Assembly: GCA_003427395.1 (NCBI GenBank)
Contig: BFEA01000005.1
Coordinates: 3,515,278 to 3,579,277 of the forward strand
Source of the DNA: Chara braunii
Lineage: Eukaryota > Plantae > Charophyceae
Length of the DNA stretch: 64,000 nucleotides
Direction: 5' to 3'
In this document: positions 1 to 11,000 of the stretch, piece after piece
Numbering within the stretch: the stretch's first letter is position 1
Layout of the letters: every line of letters begins with the position of its first letter
Made by a program: the position numbers and the translations under genes
Notes under the pieces: model-generated
What the model saw: the letters and a program-made list of their open reading frames with translations, nothing else
What the model was told of the DNA's origin: nothing
Database searches by the model: none

Positions 1-738
1 AACGCGTGTTTGGGACTTGATTCCTCGCGTATACTGAGCCTAAGTGATGAGCTATGGAGGAAGAAAAAGACAGTTAAAGAGGGTTGCTTATTTGATTGCA
101 AAGTTTTTGCTAGATGGAGACTAGTATTAGCAGCCCTGGCTATAGCAGAAGGAGAAAGTTCGATGGTTGTTCCTTGATCAGCGTTGGTTATGCCCTTACT
201 GCCAAAATCTGACAGGTTTGAGTCCCTTTTTCGGAGGGAGGTGGTTCCCTGCATCAGTTTGATCGCTTTGACTGTGGAAAATAGATCGGTGTGTATGTGA
301 TCATATTCATGCAAAAGGAAAAACGAGATGAGAGGAAGAGAGAGAGAGATCCTTAGTTTCAGATCCCAGGCGGCATGCATAACCTGTACTTTTTTTTGGG
401 GGGGGGGATTGTTTGAAGAGACATGAGACTGTTCTCATAAACGTGCAAAGCGGGTGAGCCAACCTCTATGGCTTCTAAATTTTGGTCAGGACTACAAGAA
501 CTACTGTTGTTCATCTGAGTGCCTAGTTTAGAGAAACTAATGACTCAGTGAGAAAGTTCTAACTAAGGATTTATCTAAACGTGTCTGCAGTGCAGCAGAT
601 TGCACTAGCTAATCATGTTGGGTGTATAGCTCAAGGACAGGTTATCTCGCACGTCGATAGTCTAAACTAGATAGACCATTGGCCTTGCAGAACGTTTATG
701 GTTAAGGCAGTCAGGTATGTGGCAATGGACTGCCGTTA

Positions 739-1149
739 GTGACCTCGAAGTCTAGCTGGTCGCAGAATGTTTGTTTGATACTGAAAATCGACATCCTATC
801 CCTGGTGGAAAAACACTACATCAAAATTCGCCAGTACGTTTTCTCAAGCCGTTTACTTAGAGTAGCGGTTAAGGAATCTCTGCAAAATAGAGGAGACATG
901 GGGAGTGAAAAAACTCTATTGGTGTCCTACATATCTTGTCAAGATAGAGTGAAGAATTTGGGGGAAGAAACACTAGAAAGCTTTCAGTGCCACATAAGGT
1001 TAATGAGAGAACATGCACTGAAAGTAGTGAAAACACAGAAAACCATTGAATATGTCATATATTTTTATGGGCCTAACGGAGAGTTGGACAGTACCTACTC
1101 GCACCTAGAAACGACTGAACAGGCCAGGACAGAGATTGAAAGGGCGTGA
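739..1149 (+). CDS. Small LTR-internal ORF of unknown function (second copy at 20324..20608)
   Basis: Open in both LTR copies (…LVSYISCQDRVKNLGEE…YFYGPNGELDSTY…); no recognisable domain. Confidence 0.35.
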   Translation: MTSKSSWSQNVCLILKIDILSLVEKHYIKIRQYVFSSRLLRVAVKESLQNRGDMGSEKTLLVSYISCQDRVKNLGEETLESFQCHIRLMREHALKVVKTQKTIEYVIYFYGPNGELDSTYSHLETTEQARTEIERA

Positions 1150-1864
1150 CTGTGCTCAAACTCCTTTCCCCCTCTTCAACGGCATGCCCGGGCAGTAACC
1201 ACTCAGTCCCCACACCACGGTACTCTGTACCGTGATACCAAGTGATCAGTGCTTAGTATGGCGTGTCAAGTACACGTCACGGGGCTGTCCAGCTGAGTAA
1301 ACGAGCCCTAAGTACGCTGCCGAGCAATCTTGTGTTCAGTGATTCCCTCAAAACAAAAACAACACCCCCCCTGGAGAATGCATCAGTAAAGGTCTATCAC
1401 CTTTTTAGTCGTCTATCCATCGGTATCCGAGTTCTGTAAAAATCAGACAGTGCTCTTAGCGGGAGACACTGACGGTTGGCTCTAAAATCTACGCTTGTAC
1501 ATGATCATGACTCAACTAATTGAATTATACAGAGACATCAGTTAGAGCCAATCAGCATTCAGCCTGCACTTGGCCAGGTTTTCTTTCGATGTGCGATCAC
1601 TTGGGTCATTAGAAAGTCTCAGTTAAGGACGAGCAACTTCCAGACAACCTTTCATTTGTATTTGGTCATATTCATTCGACAATCAGTCAACTTTCAGCTA
1701 TTACTCAGCCATCAAAAACTCAGCAGTACTCGGGTTCAGTCAGCAAAATTTCAGCAAACATTTAGTTCTCATTTCAGCAATTAATCAGTTCGCTGATCAG
1801 AAGTCAAACAACAAACAATAGTATTCAAACGACAATCAAGCAGCGGTCAGACAAGCGTTGAAAT

Positions 1865-2125
1865 CAAGGCTGGGCCGGCAACCGGCCAGATCACCTGCCC
1901 CCGTCCAACCGGCGCCGGACCGGTCCAGGGGGGGTGAACCGGCAAAACCGGATGCCCCAAAAAAATGCCCCGAATTTTTTTCTTTTTTCTTTTGATTGAG
2001 GCATCCAACTGCGCTCGTTGAGATCTGTCGAAATCCGCATTAAAACTTGAAAGTCAGGAATTTCTTGGGGGGGGCTGGGGGTTTATGGTGCAGGGTGCAT
2101 TTCATGGGTGTACAGGCCTGTAAGA

Positions 2126-2193
<68 letters not shown>

Positions 2194-2412
2194 GATCCAA
2201 GAACCCAACCAAAGATGAAGAAGAAGTACAAGAAGAAGAAGAAGACGAGGAGGAGGAGGAGGACAGCGCTGCAGAAGGGGGTGTAGATAACTCTCTCTCT
2301 CTCTCTCTCCTCCGCTCCAAGAACCCAACGAAAGATGAAGAAGAGGAGGAGGAGGAGGAGGAGGAGGACACAACGCTGTTGAAGGGGGTGTGGAGAACTC
2401 TCTCTCTCTCTC

Positions 2413-2470
<58 letters not shown>

Positions 2471-3365
2471 AAACCCAGCGAAATATGACAACGAAGAAGA
2501 AGAATGATGGCAGGAGGAAAAGAAGAAACAAGAAGACCAAGAACAAGAAACAAGAAGAAGAACCAAGGAGAACAGGAAGAACAAGAAAAAAGAAAGAAGA
2601 AGAAGGAGCCAAAGAAGAAGACGAAGAAGAAGAAGACGAAGAAAAAAAGAAGATGAAGAAAAAAAGAAGATGAAGAAAAGAAGAAGACGAAGAAAAGAAG
2701 AAGAAGAACCAAAAAGAAAAAAGAAAACCTAAACTTAAGGGTATGGGTATGGCGGTGATGGGGGGTGCGCGGCATGGCTATGTCAGTGGCGAAGCTGAGG
2801 GCGGGCGCATGTTGGGGCAACGACGGGCTGGCGGGGCTAGAGCTTGAAGTCGACGTCCGCTCGAATGAGCGCGACGTCGACCTCGTCGGCACGTAGCCCA
2901 TGCAGGCGGGGTCGCGGCGGGTGTGAGCACATGGGCTCGTTTCGAATGGCTACAGGCTGCGTTTCGAATTCGTAACGCAGCCGATTTCGACCGCCGATCT
3001 GCAGATCAGCGACCAAAATCGGCCGCGTTTTCGAATTTGAAAATCGGGGCCTGTAGGACCCCGCATTTTGACAAAAGCGCGCGGTGGATCTCCACCGCTG
3101 ATCTCTGAAGATCAGCGGTGGAGATCCATCGCGCGCTTTTGTCGGAATGCGGGGTCCTACAGGCCCCAATTTTTTTTTTGGGCGGTGGCGGCGGCCTCCC
3201 CGAGGCTGGGAGGGCACGGGGACACCTAAAAATCCTCGGAACCCCCCTCCCAGCGCAATGCGCTGGTTCGAACCGGGGGCCTGCCGGTCCAGTGGACTAG
3301 CCGGTCCGACCAGGCGGCTCCCGGTCCAAGGAGGCCCCCCCGGTCCATCCGGTGGACCAGCACCG
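1865..3365. mobile_element. Non-autonomous hAT-type DNA transposon inserted in the 5' LTR of A
   Basis: Absent from the 3' LTR, where the empty site is GTTCAAAT at 21316..21323. 8-bp TSD GTTGAAAT (1857..1864) / GTTCAAAT (3366..3373). Imperfect TIRs CAAGGCTGGGCC / CGGTGCTGGTCC. Many subterminal CCGG/GGACCGG motifs. Confidence 0.88.
2126..2730. repeat. Three units of (TC)n followed by CCAAGAACCCAAC..AAAGATGAAG and a (GAA/GAG)n tract
   Basis: Seen directly; explains the spurious low-complexity ORFs in this interval. Confidence 0.9.
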
Positions 3366-3580
3366 GTTCAAATGACATCCAATCAGCTCTCAAACAACGT
3401 CTAACTAGCATCTAAGCAACATCTAACTAGCAGTCAAACAACACTCAAGCACCGGTCAAGGATCTGTTAATTGGTGACAATTGTTGCCTGATTCAGTGAG
3501 CAAACAATTGGCTTGATCCGTAAAGGACTTATCAATAAGAGATTCAGCCTCTTTCAGCTATCAAGCAGCTGGCCAAGCAC

Positions 3581-4234
3581 ATGATAGAGATCAACCCCAT
3601 CACGATTGACCAACTAGTCCTCGACAGCCTCAACCGGGTAGCCTCGAGAGAGTGCTTCCCCTACAAATATGTCTGAATCGATGGTTTCAAGCGTGAAGAT
3701 CTGTCAATCTTCATTGCTCTCACAGAATTTGCAGAAGGTACAGTCAAAGATCTGCGGATCTATCTAAAGAAAGGGAATAAGGTTCATCCACATTTTGATG
3801 CAGTGTGGGCTGCAGCGGCCGGGTATGTGCAGTGGAAAGTTGAGAGGCTTCAGGCGAACACAAAGTTAGTTTATAGCTTCGGGCCTAAGCTTTTCACTGA
3901 CTATCCCAAACCTCCGGTCCCCTACTATCTTAGTGATGACTCTTATTGGGGTGGACTGGTGGACCTAACCAAGAGATACGTATCGCCAGCAGAGATCGAT
4001 TACGAGGCAATGACTGAGCCTTCTAAGTTTCCACATCTCAGGAGGGGAGTTTTCTCTCAGCCCTATCTCCCTACACTATGGGAGGAATTTTGTGCCATGC
4101 TTGACTTCCGTATTATGGGACTTGGCTGGAAGTGTTTGGAACTAGTGGGCTTCAGGTGGCTTTACATTCATAAGTCACAACCTCATAGAGTACGGAAACA
4201 TGGCAAGAGGCCCAGACGACAGGCAACAAAGTGA
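3581..4234 (+). pseudogene. LTR-encoded 'FPY-motif' ORF with one in-frame TGA at 3674..3676 (second copy at 21531..22163)
   Basis: ATG 3581 is in frame with ORF 3803: MIEINPITIDQLVLDSLNRVASRECFPYKYV*IDGFKREDLSIFIALTEFAEGTVKDLRIYLKKG…; paralogous to ORFs 5050 and 5470. Confidence 0.7.
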
Positions 4235-4728
4235 CAGATGAAGAGTGAAGTCCTGAGGGTTGAGTGAAGACTCTTGATTGGTACTGGCCATGCTTTTTTC
4301 CATGTGTACTCCCTGAGACTATTACGAGTTCTCATTCTTCCCTCGTTCATTTGCTCTTGTCATTGCTCGAATCAGTCGGTCTTGCTTCTTGCGTTGTTCT
4401 TGCCTGATGATTGTTATCGTGAATGATTCTGTCACAGTTCTAAAAATCAGATTGACATAATTTATGCATGCATGGCACCCCATAATTTTATGATTATTAT
4501 TTGCGTAATTATCTGCTGTTCCGAATCAAAATAAAAGATTCCCAAGACCGGGGATCGGCGAAGAGCGTAATTGAAGGGTCTCGCTCGAAGCCGGACGCAC
4601 ACAACAGGAAGGGATTTGCATTTATTTAATTCATTTTATTTATTGCAACCTCATACAAAATCCTGCGTGACAGCCTGTTGGCTTTCCGGTCGCCCGAAGT
4701 GGCTCGGCTGGAAAAAGTGCGACAAAAA

Positions 4729-4746
4729 TGGCACCGTTGCCGGGGA
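4729..4746 (+). promoter_or_regulatory. Primer-binding site, tRNA-Asp type
   Basis: TGGCACCGTTGCCGGGGA, 4 nt after the LTR end; one mismatch to the Athila-type PBS TGGCGCCGTTGCCGGGGA. Confidence 0.9.
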
Positions 4747-5049
4747 CATGAAAAGATTTTCGTGTCTGGAACGAGCCTGGGTCATCATCATCTTTGAGCT
4801 TTGATTAGGGCGTGAGAACTGCTGACAATATTATGAGCTTTATATTAAATTTATTATTTTCATTGAGTCTCGATTCTCTTGAGAATCACAGCTGCTAACT
4901 GTGTCTTGTTTCTTCCTTGTGTGAGGTACCACACTGGACCGGAGAAGGAGATTAAGATTATTGACAGAAAATCAGACTTGAATTCAGGTATGCCTCATGA
5001 ACCTATGATGCCCTTTGAATATTGAGAAGAGAAAAGAAGCATCAAGAGC

Positions 5050-5319
5050 TTGGAGATTTCATCAAGAATGTTAACTTCAGATGCATTGAGAGAACTCGTG
5101 AAAGTGACTACCAAAGGAATATTCCCCTATCAGTACGAGCATTGTTGGGTCTACCATTCTGGCAATTCGACCATCAACATAGTGCTGACTTGCTTCTTAG
5201 AGGGAGATATTTATGATATCCGTCCCTATGTCAAGAAGGGAGACTGCGACGATGGTGAGATATTCAACTGGATAGGGAAATTGCAATCCAGTCTCTTCAT
5301 GATGAGAAGGCAGATCTAA
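5050..5319 (+). CDS. Pre-gag small ORF, FPY-motif paralog 2
   Basis: …ALRELVKVTTKGIFPYQY…IVLTCFLEGDIYDIRPYVKKG; shares motifs with ORFs 3581 and 5470. Confidence 0.65.
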   Translation: MEISSRMLTSDALRELVKVTTKGIFPYQYEHCWVYHSGNSTINIVLTCFLEGDIYDIRPYVKKGDCDDGEIFNWIGKLQSSLFMMRRQI

Positions 5320-5469
5320 TTAAGCAGAAGAAGAAAGTGGAATGGGGTTTAATGCAAGTGACATATGAGACTATTCCGATCTCTCCTATACCTAACAGTT
5401 ATTGTGATCGGACTAACTGGCTGCCGATAATTAACATGGTATTGACAAGGGAGAAAATAAACAGTCGGC

Positions 5470-5838
5470 ATGAGAACTAAAGAGATTTCAGCAGAGGAAA
5501 TCAGACGGAGAAGACTGAAATTTGGCAGAGGTTCAGGCCCAGGTCCAGAGGAAGTCGAGTGTCTCCTAAAGTCACTGAACACTCTAAGCAAGAGAGAGGT
5601 GTTTCCATATGAGGTTGTCAAATATGAGATGGTCGAGAGCGGATGGGAGAAGGAACGATTATACATACTGACATTCTATTTCACAGAACTGGACGTGTAT
5701 GATGTGAGAATCTATGTTCCAAAAGAGAGAAGTGTTGAAACAGTGTATGAGAGATGTTGGGGATTTGATGAAGAAGTCGTACTAAAAGAGAAAAAGAGAC
5801 TTGAGAGAGGGAATAAATATTTTACTGGATCTACCTAA
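5470..5838 (+). CDS. Pre-gag small ORF, FPY-motif paralog 3
   Basis: Intact ATG..TAA; …LLKSLNTLSKREVFPYEVV…YILTFYFTELDVYDVRIYVPKE. Confidence 0.7.
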   Translation: MRTKEISAEEIRRRRLKFGRGSGPGPEEVECLLKSLNTLSKREVFPYEVVKYEMVESGWEKERLYILTFYFTELDVYDVRIYVPKERSVETVYERCWGFDEEVVLKEKKRLERGNKYFTGST

Positions 5839-6331
5839 TTTACTGTCTTTGATGGACTCCCCCAGCTCCTCTCTTACCTGATAGTAACCCAACGAGAGGT
5901 AATTGGTTTACAATGATAAATTTTGCATGGAAAGTGAAGAGAGTTTAAGAAGAATACTCTAAGTAGCCAGGATAACTACTGTGAGGGGCAAACTCTATGA
6001 GGTGACAGACATGATAATCCCTTTGTGATTCTGAGATATGAGACTTATGTGTGGCTTGCAAAGTTAAAGAGAAAGGTAACCTGATTACCTGGGGAAGGAA
6101 GTAAGGCAATTTGAGAGACTCCCTAACCTTTTAACTACTATTGACTTTGAGGATAGAAGAGATTGAATGTCTCTTCGAGAAGTTATTGTCGTCGTTGGTA
6201 AGGCAAGAGAGACAGACTTGACAGTAGTGTTAAAGTCTATGCTTCTTGATAATTTCGAGCATCAGTTCGAAGTCCCGGATCAGGTCTCCTTTGAGACTCG
6301 CCTCTTCTGATGATAATCATGATGATCAAGA

Positions 6332-6622
6332 ATGTCTGACCCTATTGAGCAACTAACATTTGGGGTTGTATAGGAAAGAAAAATAGTCAAGGTGGAAGAG
6401 ACTCTTCGTATCTCTGACAAAAACCTCTCTACCTTGGTTGAGATTGAATTCTTGCAACCATTCTTCGATCAGATGAGAGATTCTGCCTTGAGAATTGTCA
6501 CTGATCGGACTGAGATAAACTATTTATTAAAGGTGGTGAAAGTGAGAATTACTGAGAAAGTATCATACCACACTTCTCAGGAACGGGTCTCTCTTGCAAG
6601 AAGGATCAACAACAAGCCGTAA
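6332..6622 (+). pseudogene. Pre-gag small ORF with one internal TAG
   Basis: MSDPIEQLTFGVV*ERKIVKVEETLR…QERVSLARRINNKP; its C-terminal motif is shared with the next ORF. Confidence 0.5.
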
Positions 6623-6625
6623 ACA

Positions 6626-6892
6626 ATGCAATTTGATTATGAGATTATAGACCTGACTCGATATTTTATGATTCGGGGTACTGTAAAAGGGTATAATAGA
6701 AGATTGAGTAGGGATGATGAGAGAGAGCTGATTGAAGATTACATTAGAAGGCTGAGAAGAATTACATTGCCCTTGATCACTACTCAGTCTATTATTGCTT
6801 ATACTCTTTATGTACAAAATTATCAAGGGGTAGAACAGACAAGGGAAGAAAGAAACGAACCTGTATCCCTTGCGAAAAGAGTGAGAGATTGA
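6626..6892 (+). CDS. Pre-gag small ORF
   Basis: ATG lies 3 nt after the previous stop; ends …NEPVSLAKRVRD. Confidence 0.55.
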   Translation: MQFDYEIIDLTRYFMIRGTVKGYNRRLSRDDERELIEDYIRRLRRITLPLITTQSIIAYTLYVQNYQGVEQTREERNEPVSLAKRVRD

Positions 6893-6961
6893 AGGGCAAG
6901 AAAAAAAAGGACAAAAGTGACAGAAAGAGATAAGGAAGTATTCGAGAGAGTCTATGGTCAA

Positions 6962-8098
6962 AATGGCAGGACGAGGTAGACCGAGTTCTTCCGCATGAAC
7001 CAATGAAGAGGCCTTGGTTGGGGTTATACGGGAATTGGTTGAGAGAGTCGACACAATCAAAGGAGGGTCAGACATTGCAAGAGCAAAGAGGCCAGATGAG
7101 AGAATTTCATGTTTCAGAGGGCCTCAAGTAAATGATTTTCTGGACGAGTATGAATAATTTGGTCTTAGTTATGGTTGGACAGATAAACAACGGCTTAAAC
7201 ACCTCCTTTCTTATTGTGATACTGACTCAAGATTGCTGTTCAGGAACTGATGGAAGGTGCCACTACATGGAAAAAGGTCAAAGAGAGAATGAAAAAGGAA
7301 TTTGAGAAGGACCCAGTCCCAACTACAACCAAGGATTTACTCAACATCAGAAGAGCTAAGTATGACACTTTCAATGTTTCCCTTCAGACCTTCATCTGAA
7401 CAACAAAAAAAATCCCTTATTTGAACGAAAGTCAGAGATGCCATATATTTTTGACAAATTTTACTGACACTGAAAGGCAAACCGTTCTCAATCAAGCTCA
7501 GCACTATCCTCTCANATGGGATGAAATGGTTGCAATTGTAAGAACTCTGCCTACAGTCTCTCATAAGAAATGGTCACTAGATCAGATTAGTACTTTGGCT
7601 AACGACTGGGAGACTGAGAATGGTATGAACAGAGGAAACAATCTGAGTGCTGAGAATATTCTTCAGAAAGTGATGACTAACTTTATGCCTGCGAGGCCTG
7701 TTACCCATGCTGTGGATGACAGAGGGAAGAAGAAAGTTAAAAGTGATGAGGATGATGATTATGATGATGATGAAGACTATGGTAAGAAGGGGGATTCTTC
7801 CAGACCTAAAAAAAATGAAAAAAATGGTGACAAAAGAAACAGAGAAAGAAGAAAATATGATGAGCGTCCTAAGAGGAGTTTTGTCTGCTACTATTGTGGA
7901 GAAGGGGGTCCTCCTACCACCTATTGCAAGCCTCTTGAGGAGGATGTAAGGAGTGGGGTGGCAAAGAAGGATGCAATGGGCCATGTCTGTGATAGTTCAT
8001 GGAACAAGTTGGACCCTAGGCATCCAAGAGGTATGAGACTTCTTGCTCTTAAACATGATGAAAATATGAAGACGAAGAAAAGAGAAAGGTTAATATGA
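6962..8098 (+). pseudogene. gag: Gag of element A, with stops and frameshifts
   Basis: FRGPQVNDFLDEYE*…GWTDKQR capsid-like start; degenerate zinc knuckle CYYCGEGGPPTTYC. Confidence 0.85.
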
Positions 8099-11000
8099 AT
8101 GTTCATTTTATCATTGAAGAGTTGCCTAATGAACTAGTACAAAGAACAAGTGACCCTTATACCACGATTGAGTTGTCTCTGCAATCCTTAACATTGACAG
8201 AGTGTGAGCCTAGCGAGACATCTACAAGTGAGTCTCCATTGGGAGGGGATCCTGCTTCTCAGAATCCTTCTGAATTAGTAGAGTCCTCTTCCAATGAAAT
8301 GACTCGCTTCCTGGCTCACATGATGTCGTTCCATGGTGATTTACCCCCAGAACTCGTCATGAAACCTAGTGTCAAGCTTGACGAAGTGAGAAACCTTCAA
8401 ACTCGCATGACGCCTCAAATGATAGAGGAAAAGAAAAGGAGGAAGACTGAGGAGTCACTGATTAATATCCTTGATGATCCGGAACCGAAACTTTCACATA
8501 GAAAGAATGAACAGGGGAGAAAGAGAAAATTTATCCTCAAGAGTGACTTGGATGATGAGACAGTGATTTCTTATGTAATTACTAAAATGCTGGAAGAGAC
8601 GGAAGTGATATTGCCCTTCAAGGAGACAATGACTCTAGCACCCAAATTGAGAGAAGAGCTGAAAAAGTTGATTGAGAAGAAAAAATTGAAAGCTAATTAC
8701 TTGGGATCAGTCTTTCCCAACCAAGTGAACAGGTCACTGTCAGGTTGCAAGATGAGATTCGCAACCATGGGATATGGACACCTTACAAGTTGTATTAATC
8801 AAGTGAAGATTCTAGCCTTAGTGGACTCTGGAGCAGAGATGATACTCCTTTCTCGAAGAATGATGGAGGCATGTAATTTATCTATTGATAGAACTGCACA
8901 AAATGTACTGAGCAATATTGCAGGAGAGCTGTTTGTGGCAGGGTTCATTGATAACCTGCCTATCAGAGTTGGAACAATGACTGTGAAATTGCTGGGTTTT
9001 GTAGTGCCGGATCTGGACCATGACTGTATCTTGGGAACTCCATTCTTGCATAGGATGGAGGGGGTTCAATTATTCAACCATGAGGGGTAATCTTGGATCG
9101 GCCTACAAGATCCTGAGACTGCTCAAGAGCAAATCTTTATGGTCTGCACAAAAAGTGATTTCAAGCATCAATTGTCTGCTAATTCAATCAGAAGAGAAGA
9201 GTCAGCTGAAAGGGTTAGGAGACTAAAGGAAGAAGGAAAACAAGAAGCGAAAGAAGAGATTTCGGTGGGTATCAATCAAGTTTCAAAAATGATAAAAGCC
9301 CTTCGTAAACTCGAGGATGAGGATGAACAAATTGAAGCCTTTAAGAAGGCTGTCGAGACTGCTAAAGGTGGAAAGATAAAATTGAAATTTGCAGCGACTC
9401 ACCATTTTTTAGAAAAATAGTCACTGGGTCAAAAATAAAATATAAGCCCAAGGGGGTGAAGAAAAACTCGGTGGCAGTCCTAATAGAAAAAAATTATAAT
9501 GCAGCAATGAAAAGGGTGAGAGAGATTATTAAAGCATTGAGAGAGTCTGCAAAATTGGGGAATAGGGTCACCAGAGAGAGATTTGACACGATGAAGATAG
9601 GCTCGGATCAGTTTATCCTGCCTAGAGAGAAATAATATATCTTCAAGATGTGTCAGGACTTATCCGGTGCATTTTCCTTTAATGATGAAGAGAGAGGGCG
9701 GTTGGATGTGGATATGATCAAGATGACCAAAATTTGGACAGTTGATCATGTTTCATGGAATGATAGACCGACCAAGTATGCCGTGAAAGAAGAAGCAAAA
9801 GTTGTAAAATACCTTGACAAGAAGATTGCATCTAATGTTATTGAACCTGCTGATGGACCGTATGCTAACCACTGGTTTTGCTTTTGGAAATCAGGGGGTG
9901 GATTGAGATGGATTCAGAATCTTCAGAAACTCAACTCTGTGACGGTATGTGATGCGGGTAGTCTTCCTAATGTTGATCTCCTCTCTGAATCTTTTGCTGG
10001 TCGATGCATTTATTCTCTAGTTGATTTGTATTCTGGCTATGATCAGTTTTCCATTGATCCCACTAGCCGACCAATGACTGCCCTGCACACGCCAAGGGGA
10101 CTCATTCAAATGTGTGTGGTGCCTCAGGGTTGGACTAATGGTGTGGCGGTGGTTCAAAGGGATATGATCCAAGTCATGCAAGATATTTCTCCTGAGATAA
10201 CCAGTCCCTACATTGATGACAATCCTGTAAAAGGACCCCTGGTAAGGGATGAGACTTTGGTTGCAGGTGGAGTCAGAAAGTTTGTCTGGAACATGCTGAA
10301 GGAGTAAAGATGGTCCTAGAGAGACTTCTGACTGTCAGTGGACCAAAGTCCCTTCTCTTCCTATCTGAGGTGATCATCTTAGGCTTCAGGTGTTTCTCCA
10401 AGGGTAGGAGTCCTGACCCCAAGAAGATAGACAAGATCTTAAATTGGCCTCTTCCTCTCAAAAGAGTGACAGACGTCAGGAGCTTCTTGGGAGTCTGTGG
10501 ATTCTGGAGGATTTTTATTCCTCATTTTGCTACCCTTGCAGAGCCTCTGAGGGAAATGGTAAGGCAAGGGGTTAATCTAGCCTGAAATGATAAAAGACAA
10601 GCTGCCGCAGAAACACTACAGGAAAAACTAAAAGATGGTGGTGTGGTGCTGGGAGTACCACTTTAGGCCGATGGAGGACCGGTTGCTCTGGGTGGAGTGC
10701 TCATTCAGAAAGATGAAAATGGGAAAGAGAGGCCTCTGAGATATAAGAGTAGAACTCTCAATTCAACAGAGAGAGGTTACACCCAATTCAGGAAGGAGCT
10801 ACTGTCGATCATCCATAGCTTCAGGTGCTTCAAGCACTACATACTAGGAAGGAGATTCATCTTGAGGACTGATGCATCTGCTGTGATTGGTGCCATCAAG
10901 AAGCACCAACAAGTAGATCCAACAGTCAGCAGGTGGATCGCCTTCATCTGGACATATGATTTTAAGTTGGAAAAGATTTTCACTGAGAAGAACAGAGCAG

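Larger units (their letters stand above)
1..4724 (+). repeat. 5' LTR of element A (3' part only; contains a hAT insertion)
   Basis: Ends ...GAAAAAGTGCGACA, identical to the end at 22671, and is followed by the PBS. Confidence 0.93.

Noticed and set aside
2047-2901. Membrane or charged proteins in the ORF track (also ORFs at 36598..37207 and 53784..54863)
   Set aside because: Translations of (TC)n, (GA)n and (GAA)n tracts or of N gaps.
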